Source: Vitrella brassicaformis CCMP3155
Taxonomy: Eukaryota; Protista; Chromerida
Direction of reading: 5' to 3'
DNA length: 64,000 nucleotides
Assembly: GCA_001179505.1 (NCBI GenBank)
Contig: CDMY01000455.1
Coordinates: 1-64,000 of the forward strand
Shown here: positions 50,644 through 62,284 of the stretch, piece after piece
How positions within the stretch are numbered: the stretch's first letter is position 1
Layout: each line of letters begins with the position of its first letter
The notes under the pieces: generated by a model
Database searches by the model: none
The model's input: the letters and a program-made list of their open reading frames with translations, nothing else
Told to the model about the DNA's origin: nothing
Program-made: the position numbers and the translations under genes

Positions 50644-51097
50644 ATGAAATGGCCGCAGCAGAGAGGTGCGCACGACTCTCACACAACAGCACACGCACTC
50701 AGAGGTCTTTTGTGATGTCTGTCATGTGTTGCAGCCGTGTTGGTGGATGGGATGGTCAAGAGAGCATCACGGCTGGGCTGCCGCGACGCGACCATCCTGC
50801 GGGCGGTGCGGCTGCTAGACGTGTGCCGCGCCGACAAACTCATCGACACGAACAACGCCACACAGGCAAGAGATACGAAGGGAATGTCAGTCAAGCAACG
50901 ACTCGTGGAACTCGTGTGTGTTTGTGTGTCACTTGCCTGGCTGCTCACACACAGATAGCAGATGCGTGTGTGGCCGCCTGTGTCAAGCGGCTGGAGCCAC
51001 ACCTGCTGATGGACGACATGCCGGATGACTCAACACACACACAGGTAGTGAAACAGACACGGACACCCACACGACGCTCACCTGTGCAGCGCCGACC

Positions 51098-51130
<33 letters not shown>

Positions 51131-52389
51131 GGCTGGCTGGCTGGCTGGCTGGCTGGCTCTGTGTGTGCAGGTGGTGTGTCGTGTGGCGGTTGATACTTCT
51201 GTGTGCGGCATTGGGTGTCTGGAGGGGCTGTTCGCTGCTGCCGGCATGGACACCCATGGCCGCCTGTTCTCATTCGCCAAGTACCTCATGGTCAGTCTGT
51301 CCGCCAGCCACACACACAGACGCCTCCAGCTATCGAATGACTTTCCCTGTCTGTCTGTCTGTCTTTGGTTCTGTGTGTGCAGTTCTTGTCGATGTGTGAC
51401 ATCAATTTGGCCGCGAGCGATGTCCGCCTGCTGGCCGCCACGGCCGTTTACGTCACACGCAAGACCAACCAGAAACACATAGCGGGCCGCATTTGGGTGA
51501 GCCTAACAGTAGCAGCACGGGTCATGGCCTACCTATGGCCTGTATGGGTTTGTGTGTCCCATTGTTCATTGTCAGAGTGCGGCCCTTGTGGCTGAGAGTT
51601 CGATGAGTGAGGCGGCGTTGCAGTCTGGCATGATGACACTGAGGATGCAGCGGCTCATGTGGGGCGACACACAGACCACCAAAGGGGTGAGCATGTCAGA
51701 AGACCAGTAGAACCGCCAACACAGCACCGTGTTGATGTCGTTGTGTGTCGTTTGTGTGGTGTGCGCGCAGGTCATGACGGATGCAGTGGATGAGCTGTTC
51801 GCCCCGGCCGACCGCCACGGCGTCGCATCGACCCGCAGCCACACACAACAAGAGCAGCAGCAGCAGCATCGGGTGCGTCTGACACAACCGACCGCCATGC
51901 ACCCGATGTGCCTTGAGAATCGACCTGCATTGTTACGTGTGTGTTGATCTGCAGGGGGGGAACCAGGAGCACCCCTTCACCCACCTGTTCGCCGAAGACC
52001 GCTGCCGCATCCCGGACATCAGCACCACACTGCAGCTGAGGGTATCAGGCCGGTGCATCAGAGAGGCCTTCTCATCTGCCCAGCTGCGCAACCGACTCGA
52101 CCACTCACTGAGCCGTGATGGCGATGGCGGCATCAACACCCCACAGCTGCAGCTGCTGCGGTTCGACCCATCGCTGTGTGTGGGCGACCTCATGGCGGCG
52201 GTGTGGATAGCCGAGGAGCCAGGAGCGCGGCGGAAGTGGGATGGGACAAGAGAGACCCTGCAGTGGGCCAGTGAGTGCGGCTTCTGTCAGCTGCCCGTCA
52301 TGCTCACCAGTGCTGACATCAACAGACACGCCAACAAGACGGTAAGGCACACACACACAGGGGCGGGGATACAGCAGAGAGGCCTCATC

Positions 52390-52424
<35 letters not shown>

Positions 52425-53632
52425 TGTGTCTGTGTCTGTGGTGGCGTTTAGGCGTATAGATCGGTAGCTCGTGTGTTGGCGCAGCTCACGTTGGTGGGCC
52501 GCCACATCGACTTCGGTGGCGGCAGCCGCCTGCAGATCGTCCGCCATGCCAATGGTGAGGTGCGGGCCATCAAGGACGAGCCCGGCTTCCAGGTGGACGT
52601 CGACCCGCCCCTCCCCGCCCACCATCTGTGTCGGCAGCACCGACAGCAGCATGACCCACCGATGACCAGCGACATCCACTAGCGGGACGCCAGATGGGTG
52701 TCGTTCGGTCTCCCGACCACCTATGCGTCATTGTCATCATTCGCCAAGCGCACGATCCTCAACCACTTCTACTGGACTCACCAGACCAATCGCACATCGA
52801 TATTACTCAACAGGTAAGACATCACTGGCCCAAGTGACGAGATGGGTGCGTGTTTGATTGTGTGTGTGTGTGTGTGCTCGGTTCAGGCGTGTTAGTGGCG
52901 GCCGTCTGGATGGCCTCCTCAACCAGTCGCCCCACACATCAGTGGCCGGATGCACCACTACAATGAGCCATAACGGTCGTGTGCGAGAGCTGGTCCTCAC
53001 CGGCAGCAGCCACAAGTTCGTCGCATGGATTGCCCTTTTGGATATGGGAAACGGCAACGGTCAGGCCGACAGACAGACAGCTCTGGTGGTCAAATGTCAT
53101 GTGTTGTTCTCTCTCGTCTGTCTGCAGTGTTGGTTTGGATCTGGACGACCGAGGCGCCTGCGGCTGGTGTGAGTGAGGATGCGCCCTTCAAGCGTCGCTT
53201 CACGATCACCACTCGGCTGGCCCGTGTGGCGCTGGGGCAAGTGGCGCCATTGGTGTTCGACGGCCAAGTAGACGATGACAGCGACGATGATGACGGTGCG
53301 GACAGGGGAGGGAGGGACACAGACACATATGGTGGCCATGGATGGATGGATGGATGGCATTTCTTCTCTGTCTGTCTTTGTGTGTGGTGTAGATTCCGAC
53401 GGCCATGGCGGTGGTTGGGATGATCTGGATGACGACAGCAACGGAGAGGATAGGAGGTACACAGACAGGAAAGAAGGCCCAGACGCCCCCACCACAGATG
53501 CCTTATCTTCCACACCGACCCGCATCACATGTGTGCGTTTGTGCGTCTGTGTCGGTGTCGATGGCAGGTGGGGGTGTGTCGGCTGAGGAGGAGCACGAAG
53601 ACGGCGGCGGTGGCGGCAATGCGTCGCTCTGA
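50644..53632 (+). CDS. Cyclin-like N-terminal region fused to an F-box-like/TTE-family domain; carries an in-frame TAG at 52680 (possible pseudogene)
   Basis: Cyclin box-like QRAVLVDGMVKRASRLGCRDATILRAVRLLD; C-lobe-like LFSFAKYLM-FLSMCD..LLAATAVYVTRK..W-SAALV. Phase-consistent GT-AG splices lead on to HPFTHLFAEDRCRIPD.. and ..WTTEAP..RRFTITTRLARVALG. Confidence 0.6.
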
Positions 53633-54845
53633 CGACACACAGAGACCGATCTCAATACTTACTGGTGCGCCACAGACACACTGCAATGTGATCGGCTGGT
53701 GCCATGCCCCTCTCTGACTGTGTGTGTTGTGGTCAGGAGGGTGGCGGAGTGCTGTCTGCCGTCCTCTCTCTGTAGCTCGGTGACCGGCGCAGATCAGCTG
53801 CTGATGTCGTGTCGACCGAATGGACCGAGTAGCTGGCTGTGTGTGCGATGAAAGGTGGACATGGGTGTGGGCGGGTCTGGGGGTCCCCTCTCCCCTCTGT
53901 GTGTGGCCCTCCTCCGACTCTCTCTATATGAATCTGCGTGAGAGTGTCGATATGCACTGGGCTGACTGCCTGGCTGTCTGCCTGCGTCTGTGTGTGCGTG
54001 GATGTGATGTGGATGGACTGACTGACTGATGTGAACGTGTTGGTGCGCACAAATCAGTATGCTCACAAACTCAAACACTCCTTGGCTGCGCTGCCATGTC
54101 TATCTGTTTTTCCCCTCCCTCTCCATCTGGATTGTTGGCTGGGTGGTCGGTGCTTTTGTTGGGCTGATGATTGACATCTTCTCTCTCTGAATGTGTATAT
54201 GCATTCACCCAGACAGACAGACAGACAGGCCGATCGATGCACCGCACACTCTTTGTGTTTCCATTTGTCCATTTATCCATTTGCGACGCATTGTTTGCTC
54301 CATGCCCACACAGATCACACATACGTAGCCATACATGGCAGTGTGTGTCTCTCTCGCAGTCGTGGTCCATCCACTCACACAGTCACACACACACACACAC
54401 ACACACCTAACAGACATGCTGCACACAAACATACAGGACTTGCTTCGCAGGCCTCTCGTAGTGGCACCGAAGTGTCGATCATGTCTGGCCCTTGACGCAT
54501 GGGATTAAGAGTGTGTGCGCACTGCTTGTCAGGCCAATGGAGGAATGCCGTGACCTCCGTGTGTGTGTGCGTCTGTGTGTCTCCCTTCCCCCCTCCCTCC
54601 CTGTATACTTGTCGATATATCCTTTCCGTCCCAGGGTTACTTGTCATTCGCCCTTGTACTTGTGCGGCTCTCTCGACCGTTTTGTGTGGATGGAGTCGGT
54701 GCATTTCCGTGTGTGTGTGTGCGTCGTGACGGACGGAAACAAGCTCATCAATCTTCTTTCTGCGCATACAAGTTTGTCAATGCCCGACGCAGTCAGTCTG
54801 TATGTCTGTGTCTGTCTGTCTGTACACCCAAGAGCGAGTCCCCCC

Positions 54846-55145
54846 NNNNNNNNNNNNNNNNNNNNNNNNNNNNNNNNNNNNNNNNNNNNNNNNNNNNNNN
54901 NNNNNNNNNNNNNNNNNNNNNNNNNNNNNNNNNNNNNNNNNNNNNNNNNNNNNNNNNNNNNNNNNNNNNNNNNNNNNNNNNNNNNNNNNNNNNNNNNNNN
55001 NNNNNNNNNNNNNNNNNNNNNNNNNNNNNNNNNNNNNNNNNNNNNNNNNNNNNNNNNNNNNNNNNNNNNNNNNNNNNNNNNNNNNNNNNNNNNNNNNNNN
55101 NNNNNNNNNNNNNNNNNNNNNNNNNNNNNNNNNNNNNNNNNNNNN
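54846..55145. other. Assembly gap (300 N)
   Basis: Run of N. Confidence 0.99.
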
Positions 55146-55182
55146 CCACTACCAGGCACACACGGGCCATCCATCCACCCAT

Positions 55183-57164
55183 CTATGCCTCTTCCCCCTC
55201 CACCTCCACCTCCACCTCTCCATCACTACGGCCATCGCTACCGCTGTCGGTGTCCAAATCGCCGACACCGTCGCTCTCGCTGTCCCCATCCTCGCCGCCT
55301 TGCTCATCGTCAATCTGAATCGCACCCGCCTGAATCAAGGCCTCCCGCCGCTGCCCGTCGACACGATCCGGGAAGTGGGTGCCGAGAAACAAGACTGCCT
55401 GGATGGATAATAAGAGACAGACAAGACACTGACAGTATGTGCCCGCGCTCCTTTGTCGACATGATGCCTCCAAGGCAGCCCACCGGCGCTGCGATGGCCA
55501 TGTCGTTGTGTGCCTGCAGCTCTACTATCTTGTCCACACCGCCGGCCTGCACGGAAGGCACAGAAAGATAACCGTGTGTTTATGGTGTTCATTTTGCATG
55601 ATTCTCTCCCTTGTTCACTCACCTGATCCACCAGTGTGCAGTAGGGGTTGTCTGGGAGGCCCTCGGTGGCCTGCTTCTGCTCACCCGCACTGCATACGAG
55701 AGCGCAACACGTCGGCAGCACACAAACGGCATACTTTGCTGACCTACCTGAGTATTTTGTCCAGGACGGAGATCATGGCGCTGAGTCGCTGGCTGTCGTC
55801 GCCATCGAGCCGGTCACAGAAGTACTGGATGCCGCCACACTCAACCACATGCTCAACCTGTACGATTGAGCAAACGCGACATGAGCTCAGGAAACATATT
55901 CAATGTGTGTGGGCGGCTGATATACACACCTGCTGCTGCGATCCTCCCAAGGCTATATTTCCGACGCTTATCGCCGCCATGTCCTTCACGGCCTCCTCGG
56001 TCTCCCCGCCGGCCGCCATGTTGATCAGCAGAGGCACCAGCCCGCCATCGATGAGCGCCTGCTTGTGGGCAGTGGTGCCTGCATCCAATCAATGCACACC
56101 GAACAGCACAGCACCCTACACATGACGTGGGTGGATCTTATGTGTGTGATATTACCTCCAGCTGCCAGAAACACCACCATCCATGCGCCGTATTTCATCC
56201 TCGGCTCGGCCATCTCACCGCCATACCACAACGGGCTGTCTGACTCAGTCGACTCCAGCAATCGCTTAATCGACGTCACCGCACCACACTCAACCAACGC
56301 GTCACGGTCAGCGTCGGTACCTGTGGGGCAGGCAGGACACAATGAGCCAGGTACGCAGCCAGTGATAATGTTTCGTGCACTCTCAGGCAGATTCACCTTG
56401 CTCATGAAATCGATTTACAGCGCCCCATGTGCCCATTTCAGCACACGGTCGTCCTGCTCAGGCGCGGTGATGAGACCGACCAGGACGGGCAGGAAGGGCG
56501 CCAACTCGGCCAGTGGGACAGGGAGGGGCGACTTCTTGGAGCCACTCAACAGGTTCCACAGCAGCCGGCCACTCAGGTGGGGCACTCTGATGACACTGCC
56601 CTCCCGCATCGCCTTCAGCAGCGGCTGCAGGACGCCATCCGCCAGCACGGCATCGCGATGGGTCGATGACTCCGTCGTGATGATGCACAGCACCCCGATG
56701 GCCGCCTCACGCACATTGTCATCGTGTGACGACACGAGCTGCACCAGGGGCGGGACGGCACCCGCATCCACCACCGAACCGGCGTGGTGAATCGCCAATC
56801 TGCCGAGGGCCAATGCTGCTACGTTCTGCACCTTCTCGCACCCGCTCAGCTGCTCTACCAAGGCTGGCAGCACACCCGCATCGATGGCCTTCTGCTCGAT
56901 GGTGCCGTCTCGATGGCGCGGGAGGGACAGCAGCGGGCCGAACCACCCTACGGCTTGAGCCCGAACCTGCGATTCGTTGGCCGATGCTATGAGGTGACAG
57001 ATATCGGCGATGGCGGCGATGATCTCGGCCTCGACTGCCTCCAACCCTCGCTGCTGGACGGCCTGGCCGTACGCCTCCTTGGTGCCGATGGATTTGCACA
57101 GGTCTCTCGCCTTGGTCAGCACTGCTTGGGGTGAGGGATGGCCATCTGTGCCGTCCGAATCCAT
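55183..57164 (-). CDS. Importin-alpha-derived ARM-repeat gene, copy ARM5; TAA at the end of exon 1 (possible pseudogene)
   Basis: The exon 1 ORF stops at 56415 (..WAHGAL*). Downstream exons are in frame and conserved. Confidence 0.6.
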
Positions 57165-58124
57165 CTCGTCCAACCTGCGAGGAACAACACACATACACAC
57201 GACGCGGAATAGTCCCATGCCTTCTCTGCTCCCTCCTGACCTGTCCACGTGTGCAATGCTACGCTGCCCGCCCAGATCTCACGACGCCACACCTGCCATG
57301 AGATGAGAGCCAGCGAGGAGAATATGATGACACGACATGAGAGACGTATCTATCTGCAGTAGGGATGCTTTCAGTTACCGTGGTGTGTGCAGGCTGTGAC
57401 GGGGAGAGGCTCACGGAACCGATCAAACGCAACAAAATGGAGGTGCGGCTCGCTGAGGAGGATGATCGAATGTATCGCCTTTTTTTTGTGCTTCTTTCTG
57501 CTGTGTGGCTGCAGATCTGGACCTACAGTGCTTCAGCAGCCATTGACAGGTATTCTCGTCGAGCTTCGAGCAGAAATAAGAGCAGAAATGTCAGTGAGCG
57601 ATTGAGGACGGTGTGTGATCAGACGACAAGAGAGACAGACCTCCATGAGGTTCATGGTGCGGCAATGTCGAGTGTCGAGTCCGTGTCGCATCCATCTCCC
57701 TGCCGTCTCACGTGATGCATTGCATGGACCCTCCCCCCTTCCCCAGAACACGACGAAAAACATGCAAAAATGCGATGTGATGTGTGGGTGTGTTGACATT
57801 TGTGAAAACGTGGAACTGCGATCTGTCTGTCTGTCACTCTGTCTGCTTCGCCCTCTCGACGCGGCCTATCCACATTGACAAAAGTGTCGGTCGGTTGGCC
57901 GACCGACCAGTCAGCCGCCCGATAACGCAAGCAATCGAGCAAACACTTGCACGCACCGGGCTCACGCACAAGCAAGCGGGATAAATAGCATAGCAGCCAT
58001 CCACGCAATCCACATCTGACCGACAGCCATCCAGCCAGTGTTCTAATTACGCAGAGAGAGACGAAGCCGGGGAGGGCGAGGAGGGGGAGAGGGGAAGGGC
58101 TGGCTAGCTGCGGCCTCAGTGAGG

Positions 58125-59328
58125 TCATGAGGTGACCAGCAGGTAAACGATGGGTGCGAAGATGGTGGCCGCAGCCCCGAGGTAGGCCGCAGTGAAGTAC
58201 TTGCGAAAATTCCTCTGCACAAACAGCAGTGCCAGATACTCCACAACTGCAGATTGCACCACACACACAGGAATGGAGCGAGCGGGTGTCAGTCAGGCGG
58301 CTGGGTGTTTGAGTGTCCTGACTGACGTACGCACCGCCGATGAAGGGGGCGACTTGCAGGAAGGGCTCCAACGCAATCGAACTCAATGGGTCGAGTTTCC
58401 TCTTCAACTGCACACAACACACAGACACACACACACACACCCCGAGTCACCTGCTGTTGGGCCTTCCTGTGTGTGTGTGTGTGTGTTGTCACATACATCG
58501 TCGTATAGGAATGGGACCTCGCCGGCCCACAATGCCTTGGATGACGACAGCACCTCGCGCTTCTTGGTCAACAAACTCCTCACCACCTCCTGCAAACCAC
58601 CCACACAGAACACACCACGTTGCCCATATGTCTGCACGCCAATGCATGATGCCAGTGAATGCATTTGTGTGTGCGCTCCCTGTGCTGACCTCCTTGAGTG
58701 GTGTGCCCTCCAGCGTGTCAGCTGTCGGGATCAGCTCGTCCAGCGTCTTCAGGGAGCTCTGAAGCGACTCGGACGAGTCAGCCGTCTGCACACACATCAC
58801 ACCGCAACAAACACCATGCACCCTTCCCGTGCTGCCAGGCTGCTCATCAGCTGATCCACGACGCACCTTGAAGGTCTGCAGAGCAGCCGCGAGCTGCCCC
58901 TCGTCGAAGATCAGGTAGTCCGCACTCGCCAGCAGAGGGAGAGCGAACAGCGCCACCAGAGCACCAGCCAGCTGCAGTCCCCAGCTCTTGGACTCCTCCA
59001 CTGCTGCACTAGAGGGACCCACACACGTGAAGAACGGCCTCCTAGACGCTGAACCGCGCTGCTGCTGCAAGGGATCAGGATCGGCACTCAGATGTGGCGA
59101 TGCCGAAGGCGGCGGCAATCCGGTCTGTGGAGATGGTGATCTGTGCGATGATGATGAGTGGAGGGTGGACAGGGAGGCAGGCGTGAAGGCCAGTGCATGA
59201 GGCAGAAACGCACACACGGCGATGAGCGGTGTCGTGAGGCGCCTCCTGTCGCGAGATCTTGGTCGATGTGGGGAAGTTGAGGGCGCGTCAGACTCTCGCG
59301 TCCACGCCATAACACGCTCCGCCTTCAT
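58125..59328 (-). CDS. Plastid-targeted, probably thylakoid-lumen, protein with C-terminal TM helices
   Basis: Signal-like LIAVCAFLPHALA|FTPAS, S/P-rich transit region, SRRPFF twin-arginine-like motif, hydrophobic ALVALFALPLLASA|D, a helical domain, then ..EYLALLFVQRNFRKYFTAAYLGAAATIFAPIVYLLVTS*. Confidence 0.7.
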
Positions 59329-59528
59329 CTTCGCTTCAAAGATCCACTCTCGAGCTCGCAGATTGCCGTTTGCCCAACGGCGAAGAAGCGCCGTCGCAAA
59401 CGAATGGAGCGTTAAGATGGAGCGGAGGAGAACAGAAAGGACTGGAGGAGCGTGAAGACCGCGATGGCTCCGCACTGATCATCTTCCACCATCATCAGCA
59501 GCATCGCCAGTTGTGATCACTCACTCAC

Positions 59529-60245
59529 ATGAGGCTGGCCGTCCCTTCGTGCTGCGACGGCCGTCTTCGGCCGCTCGAGGGTGACACAGAGGTGCTGGTG
59601 GAGCCGCCTTGGCACGATGACATCGACATTGACGACGAGAGTGAGGATCTGGACGAGGGCGTTCATGTGGAGCTGCTGCACAAGGTAAGCGAAGAGAGAG
59701 CCACAAACTGCCTGCAGAGGCAGTGCAGGAAGGCTCGCTCATTCAGTTCTCTGTGTGTGTGTGTGTGTTTGCTATCCATTAAGACGTTTGCCCCGCGGCT
59801 GATCGACCACTCGCTGTCGTACGTGGGTGTGGGCATCAAGCACGTCGGCGGCAGCTGCGGCCTCAAGGCAGCCGACGTCATGTCCAAGTCCACCACGTGC
59901 GCCTGCCTCCCCCCCTCCCTCACCCGTGCCACCACACCCACCACACAGGCCACATCCGTGTGTGACGAGCCAGACGGCGAGGAGCAGCACGTCACGCCCG
60001 TCCACCGCCCTGTGCCCCTTTTGCTGCCGGCAGTCGTGTACGTCCGTCTGGCCGGGTGGCTGACGTCCCCACTGTGGATGTGCCCCCTGCGCAGGTGGGC
60101 GGCGGCGCACTCGTCATCGGTGGTTGGGGTGCCTGAGGCACGCCCGACAGAGGAGGCCGTCACGGCGATGGCAGGAGCGCTGCTCAGTGGCGGCATCAGC
60201 ATCTCGGTGAGGGAGCTAAGGGAAGACATGATGGTGGTGCAGTGA
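59529..60245 (+). CDS. Hypothetical protein, divergent from the plastid-protein gene
   Basis: Open frame with an acidic stretch (HDDIDIDDESEDLDE) and a gtaag donor at ~59685; no recognisable domain. Confidence 0.35.
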   Translation: MRLAVPSCCDGRLRPLEGDTEVLVEPPWHDDIDIDDESEDLDEGVHVELLHKVSEERATNCLQRQCRKARSFSSLCVCVCLLSIKTFAPRLIDHSLSYVGVGIKHVGGSCGLKAADVMSKSTTCACLPPSLTRATTPTTQATSVCDEPDGEEQHVTPVHRPVPLLLPAVVYVRLAGWLTSPLWMCPLRRWAAAHSSSVVGVPEARPTEEAVTAMAGALLSGGISISVRELREDMMVVQ

Positions 60246-62284
60246 TGACGCGACGACCTTTCTGACGTGGTTCGTTCGTCTGTGTGCGCTCATGTTGTGT
60301 GTCAGGTTTTCCTTGCCTTGCGCATGATGGGGGTCAATGTGCTGCTGCGATGAGGTGGGTGGGTGGGTGAGTGGGTGAGTGAGTGGATTCAAGAAGCCTG
60401 ACTGGCTGTGGCTGTGCTGCGTGGTGTGTGGGGTGAGTGATGTGGCGCTGGCTGACCCGCCCGCCCATTTGATTTGATGTGCGTGGAGAGGGAGGGAGCG
60501 AGGATGTGGGTGGGAATTTTGTAAAACTAGTTGTGTGTGGATATGGTGGATATGCGATTAACCAACTAGCCAAGCCATCTAGGGGGCTGGGGGGCGATGT
60601 GTGTGGATGGATCCTCTGTCTGTTATGGTATGTACTTGTGCTGCATGCCTTCACCAATGTGACGCCGAATGGGGGTGGGGTGGGAGGGGAGGTCTTCAGT
60701 GGTCCCCTGCTCACATGCACACAACCGCGAAATGGTTTCCTCTCTCTACCCACCCATCCATCCATCCACTGCTAGTCTAGTCTAGTCTCTTCCTGTCAGT
60801 GCCTCTGTGTGTGCGTGTGCGCGTGTCTGTGTGCGTGCGATGGTTTAAGCGGCGGCTGTTGTCAGTCATTGGGTGTTGCGTGAGCAAGCATGAGCATAAA
60901 AGGGATGAATGGGTGGGTGGGAAGGCGGCGGGTGTCTGTCTGTCTGTCATGGTGATGGTGGCGACGAGTGTCATCTCGGGCGGGTATTTCTTGAACTGAC
61001 AGATAGATAACACTTCCTTCCGCTGCTGCACAGAGTGCATTCATTTTCACCGTACATAGCTGTGAGTATTTTCATTCGCTGTCTTCCCGGCTGCCTTGGT
61101 TGCCTGCCTGCCTTGTACGTATTTGTCTGTCCGCCGTCCTGCGTGTGTGTCACGACGTGTGCTGCGCTGTGGTCTGGTGTGCTCGGGTGTCTTGCGCTGG
61201 ACGTGGTGGCCAAGTTTGACGGTCACCTCGGTTTGTGTGCGTGTGTTGTGCGTGCGTGTGTGTGTCGATAGCCATGTGTGGGTGGGTGCTAGTGCTGGTG
61301 TTTCTAGTTGCTGCATACTGGCTTTTTCTGCGCACACGACACGTACATGCTGTAATTGCGTGAGCGTGTGTGTTGTGCGTTGTGCGTTGGGTGTCGGTGT
61401 GTGTGTGTGGTGTGTGGTGTAGGGTGGAAGGGGCAACGAAGCTCTGTAGAAAGACCTACTTAAGTGCGACTGGATCAAGTGTCCTCACCAACGAACGAAC
61501 GAACGAAGCACCCACACACGCAAGTGGTGAATCCCCCATGCCGATAGATACACACCCACAATCACACACACGCGCGCAGACAAACGCAAACGGTGGACAG
61601 GCGGGCATCTCTCTGTGTTTCTTAAGCAATGTGTGAGTGGATGAACGAATCAATCGGTCAGTTAGTTAACCAAGCAGCAAAAGGCAGAGAGGAGAGAGAG
61701 AGAGTGAGTGCTCGTCGGCCTTGCTATGCTGTGTCGTGGCGGCGTGTCGGTGTGATGATGCATAAGTCACCTGCCCCCTCTCTCCCTCGTCTCTCCCTCC
61801 CTCCCTCCCTCCCACCCTATCAGCTTTTGTGTCAGTTGCCTGTACAATGCCTGCCTCCCGGTCTGCCTGGCTGGCTAGGTAGTTGCCCACTCATCTAGTC
61901 ACCATCGCGCCAAACAGACCCCCCCCCTCACTATGGTTGGTATCTACACGCCCACACAATCGTACGCGCAAGGAAAAACAGACAGACAGAGAGAGAGAGA
62001 GAGAGAGACGTATGTATTGACAACTATGGAGCAGGGTCCATCACCACCGATAGATACCACTAGACACAACAACATTCGTCCATCCGCCCGCCACAAAACA
62101 AAACGAAACCACCCCAGCCACGTCACGTCTCCCCAGCACTGACTGTCCGCAGCAGCTGCAGCTAGGACGGCAGCAAGGAAACAAGCGGCCACAATGCGAT
62201 CGCGGGAGGCAGGTCTGTCTTATGTAGGCTTACCCACCCATCGAATCCCCCCCCACCCACCCACCCTGTCTGTCTGTGGCCAGA

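Larger units (their letters stand above)
39945..57575 (-). repeat. Right arm of the inverted segmental duplication
   Basis: Reverse-complement collinearity with 960-9370 (see left arm). Confidence 0.85.

Noticed and set aside
57365-57715. Plus-strand ORF with a hydrophobic stretch (MEVRLAEEDDRMYRLFFVLL..)
   Set aside because: The region is the reverse-complement homolog of the non-coding ARM1 upstream region (960-1340), where the frame is not conserved.
60300-62270. Several 60-140 aa ORFs in the intergenic region
   Set aside because: They are translations of (TG)n/(CA)n/(GGAT)n microsatellites (C/V- or H/T-rich), with no consistent splice pattern.
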